Assembly: GCA_030668875.1 (NCBI GenBank)
Contig: DAOVER010000031.1
Location: 794 to 32,793, forward strand
DNA: 32,000 nucleotides
DNA from: Candidatus Heimdallarchaeota archaeon
Lineage (GTDB): Archaea > Asgardarchaeota > Heimdallarchaeia > Heimdallarchaeales > Heimdallarchaeaceae
Reading direction: 5' to 3'
A model generated the notes under the pieces. It did not search any database. It had not been told where the DNA came from and saw only the letters and a program-made list of their open reading frames with translations. Below, in pieces: positions 17,550 to 26,200 of the stretch. The position numbers and the translations under genes were made by a program. Within the stretch, counting starts at the first letter, position 1. Each line of letters opens with the position of its first letter.

Positions 17550-18467
17550 TTAGATGCTTTCCAATATTTCACTTAACCCAGTTTCAATAGGTATAGATTG
17601 TGTGAACCCAAGTATTTCTTGTGCCTTCTTAATAGAACAAAAGCTTTCGTAGATATCACCATCTCGTGCTTTTGATTGTTTGGGTTGTATTTCAGAATCA
17701 CTGAGTTTCAATAAATTGCTTGATAGTTCATTTATTGAATAAGGAATACCAGATCCAATATTTATAACTTGATTAACAGCTGATCTTGATTTTAGAGATA
17801 AATCAATTGCATGGGCAACATCTTTCACATGTATGAAATCCCTTGTTTGGTTACCATCACCAAATATTTTGTACTGAACACCCATCTTTATAGCTTCTAT
17901 AAACTTGAAGATTACTCCTGCATAAGGATCATCTGCATTCTGTAATGGACTGTAGATATTGAATGGGATTAGAACTACTGTATCTAAATCATAAAGCTGA
18001 GAGTACAGACGAACATACTTCTCTGAAACTAATTTGCTTAGACCATATGGAGATTTAGGGTTTCTTGGATGATCTTCAGTAATAGGCAAAAACACTGGAT
18101 CCCCGTAAGTTGCAGCAGAACTAATGTGAATAAATCTTTTTACTTTAACTTCTCTGGCATACTCAAGTAATTGTAAAGTTCCCAAAATATTGTTCTCAGC
18201 ATCAAAAATGGGATTTGAAACTGATTGATTGACGCTAATTTGAGCAGCTGCATGAACAATAAAATCAATTTTGGGTAAATTTTCATAGCTTTCCTTGTTT
18301 TGAATGTCATTCTGTATAAAAATAACATCATCTGGAACTTCAACTTTTGAGCTTGATAAGTTATCTAAAATATATATGTTGTATTGATTTTTTAAGTGAA
18401 GATAAGTATAATACCCAACTTGTCCTAGACCACCTGTGATTAATACGGTTTCAGTATGTTTGGACAT
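17550..18467 (-). CDS. NAD-dependent epimerase/dehydratase (GalE-like extended SDR)
   Basis: ITGGLGQVG, HAAAQ, SSAATYG, YGLSK, GDGNQTRDFIHVKD. Start moved from 18515 to ATG 18467 because TTTTAAAA lies about 23-30 nt upstream of it. Confidence 0.88.
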   Translation of the reverse strand: MSKHTETVLITGGLGQVGYYTYLHLKNQYNIYILDNLSSSKVEVPDDVIFIQNDIQNKESYENLPKIDFIVHAAAQISVNQSVSNPIFDAENNILGTLQLLEYAREVKVKRFIHISSAATYGDPVFLPITEDHPRNPKSPYGLSKLVSEKYVRLYSQLYDLDTVVLIPFNIYSPLQNADDPYAGVIFKFIEAIKMGVQYKIFGDGNQTRDFIHVKDVAHAIDLSLKSRSAVNQVINIGSGIPYSINELSSNLLKLSDSEIQPKQSKARDGDIYESFCSIKKAQEILGFTQSIPIETGLSEILESI

Positions 18468-18564
18468 ACATAATCTGATACTAAAACTTTTTAAAAGCCT
18501 ACCGTTCATTTTCAATATAATTGTCTAAACTATTTTAATAGACAATGATTCAATTGGTGTACTT

Positions 18565-19647
18565 ATGACAAAGAAAGTCCGAATTGCAATTGCAGGTTTA
18601 GGAAATTGTGCTTCATCACTAGTACAAGGTCTTGAATATTACAAGAATGTAGATGAGAAAGATTTCGTTCCTGGAATTATGCACGTAAAATTTGGTGATT
18701 ATCATTTATCTGATGTTGAAGTAGTTGCTGCATTTGAGGTAAATACTAAAAAGATAGGGAAGGACATCTCGGAAGCAATTTGGCAGAGTCCAAATCTGAG
18801 TAAGAAGTTTTCCGATGTTCCTCATAAAGGAGTTACTGTTCAACCAGCACCCATAATGGATGGTGTAGCTCCTCATATGAAGGAATCTTTTCACTGTTAT
18901 GATCCCACACAATTAGAACCAGTCAATGTTACTGATGTATTGAAAGAATCTAATGCAGATGTTCTTATCAATTTCCTTCCAGTAGGTAGTGAAACTGGGG
19001 CACAAATGTATGCTCAAGCATGTCTTGATACTAATGTTGCTTTTGCAAACGGTATTCCAGCATTTATTGCATCAAACAAAGAATGGGGTCAAAAATTCAC
19101 AGACAAAAATATACCTGTTGCTGGAGATGATATAAAATCACAGTTAGGAGCAACAATTTTACATCGTATGTTAGTAGGATTAGCACATGAGAGAGGGATT
19201 AAGCTTGATGAAACATTTCAATTGAATATCGGTGGAAATACAGATTTTGAGAACATGAAAAAAGAGTATAGACTGACCACAAAGAGAATTTCCAAAACTG
19301 AAGCAGTTACAAGCATGATACCATATGAAGTTCCAACTAGGATAGGACCTTCTGATTATGTTCCTTTCCTAGAAGATGAAAAAATATGTTATCTTTGGTT
19401 GAAGGGAAAGAATTTTGGTGAGCAACCTTTGAGTGTGCAACTTAAACTATCAGTACAAGATTCTCCAAATAGTGCAGGTGTTATGATTGATGTAGTTCGT
19501 TCTCTTAAAATCGCAAAAGATAGAAACATAGGAGGACCTTTAATTGGAGTTTCAAGTTATTTCTTCAAACACCCACCAAAGCAGATTCATGATGCTGAAG
19601 CTGTGCAACTTGTTGAGAAATTTATCAAGGGAGAAATAACAAATTAG
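18565..19647 (+). CDS. ino1: myo-inositol-1-phosphate synthase (archaeal/actinobacterial type)
   Basis: GLGNCASSLVQG, GDDIKSQLGAT, QLNIGGNTDF, KRISK, DEK, DSPNSAG, FFKHPP. Confidence 0.95.
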   Translation: MTKKVRIAIAGLGNCASSLVQGLEYYKNVDEKDFVPGIMHVKFGDYHLSDVEVVAAFEVNTKKIGKDISEAIWQSPNLSKKFSDVPHKGVTVQPAPIMDGVAPHMKESFHCYDPTQLEPVNVTDVLKESNADVLINFLPVGSETGAQMYAQACLDTNVAFANGIPAFIASNKEWGQKFTDKNIPVAGDDIKSQLGATILHRMLVGLAHERGIKLDETFQLNIGGNTDFENMKKEYRLTTKRISKTEAVTSMIPYEVPTRIGPSDYVPFLEDEKICYLWLKGKNFGEQPLSVQLKLSVQDSPNSAGVMIDVVRSLKIAKDRNIGGPLIGVSSYFFKHPPKQIHDAEAVQLVEKFIKGEITN

Positions 19648-19657
19648 GGTGATATGA

Positions 19658-20728
19658 ATGTTAAAAAATGAAATTAAAGTAGCTATTGCTGGAGTAGGAA
19701 CAATTGCATCTGGTTTAGTACAAGGTATTACTTTTTTTGAAGAACATCAAGATAAACGAAAAAATCTCTTACATCCATCTATTGGAAGATTTGAAGCACA
19801 AGACATTAAAATCGTTGCTGCTTTTGATGTTGATTCAACAAAAGTTGGAAAGGACATTGCAAAAGCTATTTTTGCTCCAATTAACAGCACACCAAAATTC
19901 ATAGAAGTTGAGGATACTGGAGTGATTGTCAATAAAGGTCCTGTAAAAGACGGTCTATCAGATCACTTGAAGAAAGTAATAACAATAGCTGATGGTGAAG
20001 AAGTTAATGTTGTTGAAAAACTAAAAGAAACAAAAGCAGATGTACTTGTATGTGCAATCCCAACAGGAGCAGAAGAAGCGGTCATAGCTTATGCACAAGC
20101 AGCTTTGGAAGCTGAAATTGCTTTCATAAATTGCACTCCCACAACAATTGCTTGTGAACCTTCTTGGGCGCGAAAATTCAAGAAAGCAAATGTTTGTTTG
20201 ATTGGTGATGATTTACAGTCCCAAGCTGGTGGAACAGTTCTGCATAAAGGTTTTCTTGATGTTCTCAAAGAACAGGGTGTAACAATTAAAGATACTTACC
20301 AACTCGATGTTGCAGGTGGACTTGAGACTCTTAATACATTAGATGATGATAGAAAACAATACAAGAGAGAAGTTAAAGAAAGGACTTTAAAACAATCGTT
20401 CAAGAACGATATTAATCTTGCAAGTGGAACCTCAGATTATCTAGAGTTTCTTGGAAATCGTCGTATAGGTCACTTTTGGATCCGAGGAGAAGGGTTTATG
20501 GGAATGCCCGTTAAAATTGATATGAGACTAGAAACGCTAGATGGACCCAATGGTGCTGCAACTTTAATAGATGTTATTCGTGCAACAAAAGTAGCGATTA
20601 ATCGTGCAGGAAGTGGTCCCATAAGTTCTATTTGTGCTTATGGATTCAAAGCACCTCCAGTATTCTCTGATAGACATAATGCACATAAATGGTTTAACGA
20701 ATATCTAGAAGGAATAAGAACTGAATAA
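19658..20728 (+). CDS. Divergent inositol-1-phosphate-synthase-like paralogue
   Basis: Same motif order but GDDLQSQAGGT, QLDVAGGLET, GNRR, DGPNGAA, FKAPP; GGTGA 5 nt before ATG, 10 nt after the ino1 stop. Confidence 0.85.
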   Translation: MLKNEIKVAIAGVGTIASGLVQGITFFEEHQDKRKNLLHPSIGRFEAQDIKIVAAFDVDSTKVGKDIAKAIFAPINSTPKFIEVEDTGVIVNKGPVKDGLSDHLKKVITIADGEEVNVVEKLKETKADVLVCAIPTGAEEAVIAYAQAALEAEIAFINCTPTTIACEPSWARKFKKANVCLIGDDLQSQAGGTVLHKGFLDVLKEQGVTIKDTYQLDVAGGLETLNTLDDDRKQYKREVKERTLKQSFKNDINLASGTSDYLEFLGNRRIGHFWIRGEGFMGMPVKIDMRLETLDGPNGAATLIDVIRATKVAINRAGSGPISSICAYGFKAPPVFSDRHNAHKWFNEYLEGIRTE

Positions 20729-20746
20729 TCTAATTCTGTTCTTATC

Positions 20747-21721
20747 TCATATTAGCCTAAGTGTGTTTGTGATAGATATCAGTTTATCTCTTGATTCAGA
20801 CTGAGGATATTTTTCAAGAATCTCAATGGCAAGATTGATGTAATTATTGATTTCCTTTTCTATTAGCTTGATAGAAGCAGATTTTGCTATTATTTTTCTG
20901 ATTTTTTGAGGAGAATATTCCTTCCTTTCTAGATAATATCTAATTAAGATGTCTTTCTCTTCTTTCTTTACCAAATCTATAGTTTCAAGTACAATATAAG
21001 TCTGGATTCTATTAGAAATGTCTGTTAAAACGCCTGATTTTCCAAGTTTTTTTGAAGTAGATGTAATTGCTAAAAGGTCATCTCTTAATTGAAAAGCTCT
21101 ACCAAAATATTTACCGAAATTCTTCATATTCACTCTATCTTCTTTACTTGAAGTCCCCAGGACTCCACCAATAACCGAAGCAGCTTCGAAAAGACTTGAT
21201 GTTTTTCTATCTATAAGCAGCAGAGCTTCTTCTTTAGACATTCTTTTCTCCCCCGAACGGAATTTCTCTTCCAAAAAAAGCGAAGAAGAGAGGTTATGAA
21301 TAGTCTTAACAAGCTCATCTACAACATCGATTAGCTTGGTTTTTGCAGCTAAGCTTAATGCAAGGCTGCTCATTGAATATGAAATTGAAAGTGCTGCAAA
21401 AGTTGAATATTTTAAATAGAAAGATTTTTCATTTCTTCTAAAAATGTCTTTATCAAAAATATCATCAACCAATAATGAAGCATTGTGAATGACTTCTAAA
21501 GCACAAGCAGCTGCAAAGCTTGTGTCATCACGTGCTTTATTCGAAATCATTTCAAAAGATAATAAACATATAAGGGGACGAATCCGTTTGCCACCATTCT
21601 GAAGAATCTGATTTATTAGGTCATTTATTTCATCATCAAATGGACTCTGATCTTTAAGAGTTGAAAGGTAATCGTTTATCTCTTTTACTTCTTCGGTAAA
21701 ATCTAAGTTAGCTAAGGACAC
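20747..21721 (-). CDS. Trans-isoprenyl diphosphate (polyprenyl) synthase family
   Basis: GGKRIRP, HNASLLVDDIFD..RR, KTSSLF, AFQLRDDLLA; GTG start. Confidence 0.9.
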   Translation of the reverse strand: MSLANLDFTEEVKEINDYLSTLKDQSPFDDEINDLINQILQNGGKRIRPLICLLSFEMISNKARDDTSFAAACALEVIHNASLLVDDIFDKDIFRRNEKSFYLKYSTFAALSISYSMSSLALSLAAKTKLIDVVDELVKTIHNLSSSLFLEEKFRSGEKRMSKEEALLLIDRKTSSLFEAASVIGGVLGTSSKEDRVNMKNFGKYFGRAFQLRDDLLAITSTSKKLGKSGVLTDISNRIQTYIVLETIDLVKKEEKDILIRYYLERKEYSPQKIRKIIAKSASIKLIEKEINNYINLAIEILEKYPQSESRDKLISITNTLRLI

Positions 21722-21779
21722 TGTAATCTAATACCGACTCTAATTTGCCTAAAAAAACTTATTGCAACTGCGAAATTTT

Positions 21780-23279
21780 TTATTTTGTGAGAGATTCCAC
21801 TATCATATACATATTCTCTAGAAAAGAATTCACGAAAAACAATATTAGTACAACATAAACCAACGATATAATAAATGAGATATGAAATCCTGGTTCCACA
21901 TAATTCATCTTTGTTGTTTTTCTGTAATCTTCTACGAAGAACCATTTAACCAAACGTACCATATACACAAATGAAAATACCAGCAGCACCACATAAGAGA
22001 TTGATAGTAACAAACCCCGAATACCTAAGGTATTATTGAAAAAAATATCACGAGAAACAAAAGGAAGAATAATTGGAAGAGCAAAGATGATGAAATAACT
22101 TAAGCTAGTAAATACGAATAAGAAGTTAGAGCGTCTTCCTAAATCTTTCAGTGCAGTGAAATCATCATTTCCGTATCTTGAGGAGAGTAAACCAACGATA
22201 CTGAATGAAAAAATGAATATTGCAAAATACAATACCAAGATGAAAACAAGTGATCTTATTAACTCATTGATAATGACTCCTTCTTCTGTTGAAGCCATAA
22301 TGTTTGACAGTAACATAAATACAATGCCTAAATAAATCATGCTTGTATAATGTAAGAGCTTTTTGAGCTTGTTAACCGTCATTGCAGCTATAGAACCCCA
22401 GAGCGTAATCATGATACCTAATATAAGGAACAACCAGGTCAATAAGTTGGAAAGACCTATTGTGTAGAGCTGCAAGCAGAATTTAATCAAAAAAGCTAAG
22501 CTGATTCCTCTTTGAACAATTAGGATGTAAGAAGATGTGGAGATACCTTCTTCATTAGAATAATCAAACATCCAGAAATGAAAAGGAGGAGACCCACAGT
22601 TAACAAACATACTGATCAGAATAATTGCTATACCCAAATAACTCCACAAATCTGAATATAACTCTGATGAGATTCCAAAACTATTTTGGGAGAAATACAA
22701 AATGGATATTCCTACAAACAACAAAGCAAGTGAGAGGCTGTTAAGCATGGTCGTATTAAAAATATGCCGTTTTTTATTTGGTAAGTTTGTCGTTGGAGAC
22801 AAAGAGCGTATAAAGAAGTTTAAACTCGAAAATAGTATAACAAAACCAAAGAAAACAAATATCCATGTTTGTGAGGATACAATGAAAAAGGATGACAATT
22901 GGATAAGTAATAAAGAAATGAATGCCATGAAGCTCTTCTCTGAATTCAGGTTAGCTTCAACAATAGAGAAGAAAATAATTACAACAGATGATAGAACAAC
23001 CACACTATAGATTGAAACTGAAAAAAGGTCTATTTCCAAAGGTAGTAATTCAATTTCAGTTCCTATAAAAGGAGTAAGTACATAGAGATAAGTAAGATAT
23101 GAAACAAAACTAATTATAACGGAAAAGTAACCGTAAATTATTCTCATCCTCTGTTTTAAGAATTTCAATTTTGTTGTTATCTTATTAGCAAAAAGACCAA
23201 TTACTACATTGATGATAACGCCAAATATTAAGATAAGCTGCGGAATGAATTTAATCAGAAGTGCAGCCTTGTCACTCAT
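21780..23279 (-). CDS. NuoN-like (complex I / Mrp antiporter superfamily) membrane subunit, degenerate
   Basis: About 14 TM; GSPPFHFWMFD, KKLLHYTSM, LKDLGRR, ALP..PFVSR match the NuoN framework; ATGA overlap with the upstream gene. Confidence 0.8.
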   Translation of the reverse strand: MSDKAALLIKFIPQLILIFGVIINVVIGLFANKITTKLKFLKQRMRIIYGYFSVIISFVSYLTYLYVLTPFIGTEIELLPLEIDLFSVSIYSVVVLSSVVIIFFSIVEANLNSEKSFMAFISLLLIQLSSFFIVSSQTWIFVFFGFVILFSSLNFFIRSLSPTTNLPNKKRHIFNTTMLNSLSLALLFVGISILYFSQNSFGISSELYSDLWSYLGIAIILISMFVNCGSPPFHFWMFDYSNEEGISTSSYILIVQRGISLAFLIKFCLQLYTIGLSNLLTWLFLILGIMITLWGSIAAMTVNKLKKLLHYTSMIYLGIVFMLLSNIMASTEEGVIINELIRSLVFILVLYFAIFIFSFSIVGLLSSRYGNDDFTALKDLGRRSNFLFVFTSLSYFIIFALPIILPFVSRDIFFNNTLGIRGLLLSISYVVLLVFSFVYMVRLVKWFFVEDYRKTTKMNYVEPGFHISFIISLVYVVLILFFVNSFLENMYMIVESLTK

Positions 23280-25219
23280 ACAATAACACCTACAATATAG
23301 AGAAAATATGTAAGGAGAAGGAGAAAAATAACAGAGAAAATAACATAAATCAGCTGTGATTTCTCTGAAGCAGTTTCTAATTTTCTGATGGTTTTAGATA
23401 AAGCAATGAAAAATGATTTAATTTTAGGAATCGCTACTTTTACAATAAAATTCTTCAATGCTTTCAAGAGGAATGTGATAATCCTAGCTAATTCTGTTAA
23501 AATAACTCCTACTAGAAATGCTTCGATGAAATAGCGATAAAACCATTTAATACTAGGAAGAAGGATTTTAAGATACAGAAGCTCTAAAGGAGAATAGAGA
23601 AAATCATAATAGTATATTTTCTGATAGGTTCGTTCAATTTTAAGCAAATATGGACTCATCGATTCATTAAATTCAATGAATACGGTCTTCAATAGAACAA
23701 AAGCCACTATTGCTATGAGAAAACTAATACCCAAAGGAAGAGCAGATAATAACAATGTCTGGTTTTCAATTGCAATTGGGGTTTCATAGAGACCAATAAT
23801 CTGGAAATAAGGGTAGATAGTAAATGTTAGAATATTGACTACAGCTAAAATAGCGACCAAAATGATGCTTCTAATAGATTTACGTACAGCTCTTTTACTC
23901 CAAAGATCATAAGCAAGTTTGATACCAACTATTCCAAGAAGGAATAAGAATAAGAAACCTATTATGAACAATGCTAAAGAGAGAGAGTTAGGTTGAGACA
24001 CATAGATTATGATTATACTTAGAACTGAACTACTAAGAGGGGGGACTCCAATAAGCCCAAGAAAGATTATAGCAGATGTTAGAAAGAAGGCTATGTTGGT
24101 GAAAATTTGAGGTTTAGTAGTTCCCATTTTATCTCTTAGTTCTTTCTTGCTTCTGTTCGTAATTATTATCGGAATCGCTGTTCCTACTATCATCATTACA
24201 ATCATATTATGAAAACCAATTGCATAACTTCCTGAACCAAATGTAAAGAGTATGTAAGCGAATAACGATGAGAAAACAAGAACTAGCAAAGAGCTTTTGT
24301 TATTGGTAAAAACTGCAATTGTTATAGAAATTATTGCAACGACTATACCAACCCAGGCAAAAACATCTGCTAAAACTGGTAAAAGATTGAAATAAGGGGT
24401 ACTAACAAACGCAAATAAACTTGTAAAAATATAGAAGGATAAAACAGGTATATTCCATGATAAATTATCTTTATTTGCATTTCTGAACCAAGTGTGAAAG
24501 GGAAAAATGGAGATTTTTGCTATAACACCAACAAAGAACAGAACATTTAGGAGGAGAAAATATTGATTATAAATAAAGAATTTCAGCTGAATATCATTAA
24601 TTATCATATTGTAATTGAAGGAACTTGTTCTTTTTATTAGTAAGATAAAGGATGTCAGGATTAATGCATTTGCAATAATCAAACTGAAGAACAGCTGTTT
24701 GAATCCTAGCTTATTCTCCAACATAGAATCTTTTGATAATGAATGTAGATACTCAAGATATAGAAAATCTAGAATAAACCATACTACTATTAATTGGAAG
24801 AAATTTGGTGAGAATACAAAAGGTATTATCAACAGAGCAAAATATGATAAACGATCCAAAGTTGACTTCGACAAATCTTGTTTTTCAGCTGCTAAATAGT
24901 TTAGATATACAGTTAAACATATTACTAGAACAGCATAGAAAATCGTTCTTAAAACTGATACTGAAAATCCTAAACTAAAAGAGAGATTATCAATATTGAA
25001 CAAATCTATAGATGTTTCATAATTACTATTATGATAAAGAACCATTGCTAAAACTGTTACAGATGCGAATATATTAGTTAGAGAGAAGAAATTGTGGTGC
25101 TGTTTCTGATTTTGTTCACTTCCTCCAATTAGCCTTAGAAGAATCGGAAATGCAAATAATATCCCCATCTGTGCTAATAGAAGTATGTTAATTAAGTTCA
25201 TTATCTTCAATCCTTTCAT
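23276..25219 (-). CDS. NuoL-like membrane subunit, degenerate (alternative start ATG 25201)
   Basis: FSPNFFQLIVVW, AKISIFPFHTW, DKMG, IGVPPL, a YYYDFLY amphipathic-helix region and final TM match NuoL. Confidence 0.8.
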   Translation of the reverse strand: MKGLKIMNLINILLLAQMGILFAFPILLRLIGGSEQNQKQHHNFFSLTNIFASVTVLAMVLYHNSNYETSIDLFNIDNLSFSLGFSVSVLRTIFYAVLVICLTVYLNYLAAEKQDLSKSTLDRLSYFALLIIPFVFSPNFFQLIVVWFILDFLYLEYLHSLSKDSMLENKLGFKQLFFSLIIANALILTSFILLIKRTSSFNYNMIINDIQLKFFIYNQYFLLLNVLFFVGVIAKISIFPFHTWFRNANKDNLSWNIPVLSFYIFTSLFAFVSTPYFNLLPVLADVFAWVGIVVAIISITIAVFTNNKSSLLVLVFSSLFAYILFTFGSGSYAIGFHNMIVMMIVGTAIPIIITNRSKKELRDKMGTTKPQIFTNIAFFLTSAIIFLGLIGVPPLSSSVLSIIIIYVSQPNSLSLALFIIGFLFLFLLGIVGIKLAYDLWSKRAVRKSIRSIILVAILAVVNILTFTIYPYFQIIGLYETPIAIENQTLLLSALPLGISFLIAIVAFVLLKTVFIEFNESMSPYLLKIERTYQKIYYYDFLYSPLELLYLKILLPSIKWFYRYFIEAFLVGVILTELARIITFLLKALKNFIVKVAIPKIKSFFIALSKTIRKLETASEKSQLIYVIFSVIFLLLLTYFLYIVGVIV

Positions 25220-25475
25220 CAGTTGTAGGTATTATAGTAAACAACTTATCTCTTACATAGAAGAATAACATAAGGATAACAGATAATACCCCGAGTAATG
25301 TAAATATTAATGCTTCAGCATTTAGTTGTACAACAGATAGGAAAAATATTCCAGTAAGAAATATCAAAACAAAACCTATGAAAACCTGTAAGCTTTTCTT
25401 GCTGAACAATATGAGAAATATTCCACATAAGAAACAAATAAAGGCAATTGATAGTATAAAACTCAGATATACCAT
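25188..25475 (-). CDS. NuoK-like 3-TM subunit, degenerate
   Basis: 95 aa; CFLCGIFLILFSKKSLQVFIGFVLIF aligns by eye with NuoK [26 protein letters not shown]; lies directly before the NuoL-like gene. Confidence 0.65.
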   Translation of the reverse strand: MVYLSFILSIAFICFLCGIFLILFSKKSLQVFIGFVLIFLTGIFFLSVVQLNAEALIFTLLGVLSVILMLFFYVRDKLFTIIPTTDERIEDNELN

Positions 25476-26146
25476 TGTTCAGAATCTCTCCTTTTGAATT
25501 GAGTGTAAATTTCAGTTAAAATTAGAATAAATGTGAAAAGCATTGCAAGAATTATTACAATAAGAATTGTTCTATAATCTGGATGAAGAGCAAATAAACT
25601 AGCAAGAGGGATATTTACAATATCTATCTTTCCTTGGTCCATAATAGAGAAAACTAAAAAGCCAAATAGTGAAGCAAAAGCGAAAATTATAATTGTATTT
25701 ATAACAAGTTTTGATCCTTTACTATCTGTCACTTCTATGTCTTCTGGATGGTTAATGTTTAAACTATAAAATAATAAGCCTAAGCATATAATATAAGAGA
25801 GACTCATGTTTATAATAAATAATAATGTCTGGTAAGTTGCTAGAAAAACAATAGAAAAGGACGAATATGCGAAAATGTGAAACATATATTTAATTCTTCC
25901 TTTTGTTAGAAAACCTCTAATTAGAAAACCCAAACCAAAGAACCCTCCAACATAAAAATAGCATTCATGAATCGTTTCAGGTAGAATTATTATCCAAACA
26001 GTGACAAAAGTAATTACAGCTGCTTTGATTAGAAACCAATGAAAGTTCTTTAATTTTGAAATGTTTGGCAGTATTATGAGAACAATGTTGACGAAACTAA
26101 GTAGACTTAGTATAATTGTACTCAATAGATAAGACATGTCAAACAT
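25463..26146 (-). CDS. NuoJ-like subunit with about 58 extra N-terminal residues (2 TM)
   Basis: ECYFYVGGFFGLGFLIRGFLTKGRIKY aligns by eye with NuoJ EFAFYICGLIAILATLRVITHTNPVHA; three TMs, polar linker, TM4, and a final ..LF..Y..I TM; precedes the K-like gene with a 13-nt overlap. Confidence 0.6.
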   Translation of the reverse strand: MFDMSYLLSTIILSLLSFVNIVLIILPNISKLKNFHWFLIKAAVITFVTVWIIILPETIHECYFYVGGFFGLGFLIRGFLTKGRIKYMFHIFAYSSFSIVFLATYQTLLFIINMSLSYIICLGLLFYSLNINHPEDIEVTDSKGSKLVINTIIIFAFASLFGFLVFSIMDQGKIDIVNIPLASLFALHPDYRTILIVIILAMLFTFILILTEIYTQFKRRDSEQWYI

Positions 26147-26200
26147 TATTGTTCAAAGAAAGATAAAGAAAAGGAAAGATAAAAGTTTTTGGTAAAAGAA
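26147..26200 (-). terminator. Pyrimidine/T-rich spacer, possible archaeal terminator between the exported-protein pair and the nuoJ-like gene
   Basis: Minus strand CTTTTATCTTTCCTTTTCTTTATCTTTCTTT. Confidence 0.3.

Noticed and set aside
13126-19932. Short ORFs 13126-13341, 15916-16101, 17014-17223, 18140-18343, 18706-18912, 19747-19932
   Set aside because: Antisense or alternate-frame shadows of conserved genes.
21780-26146. Ordinary Mrp antiporter, Dab/Mps carbon pump or hydrogenase membrane module
   Set aside because: No MrpB/E/F/G, no DabA-like soluble partner, no hydrogenase or Fe-S subunits; order and sizes fit J-K-L-N.
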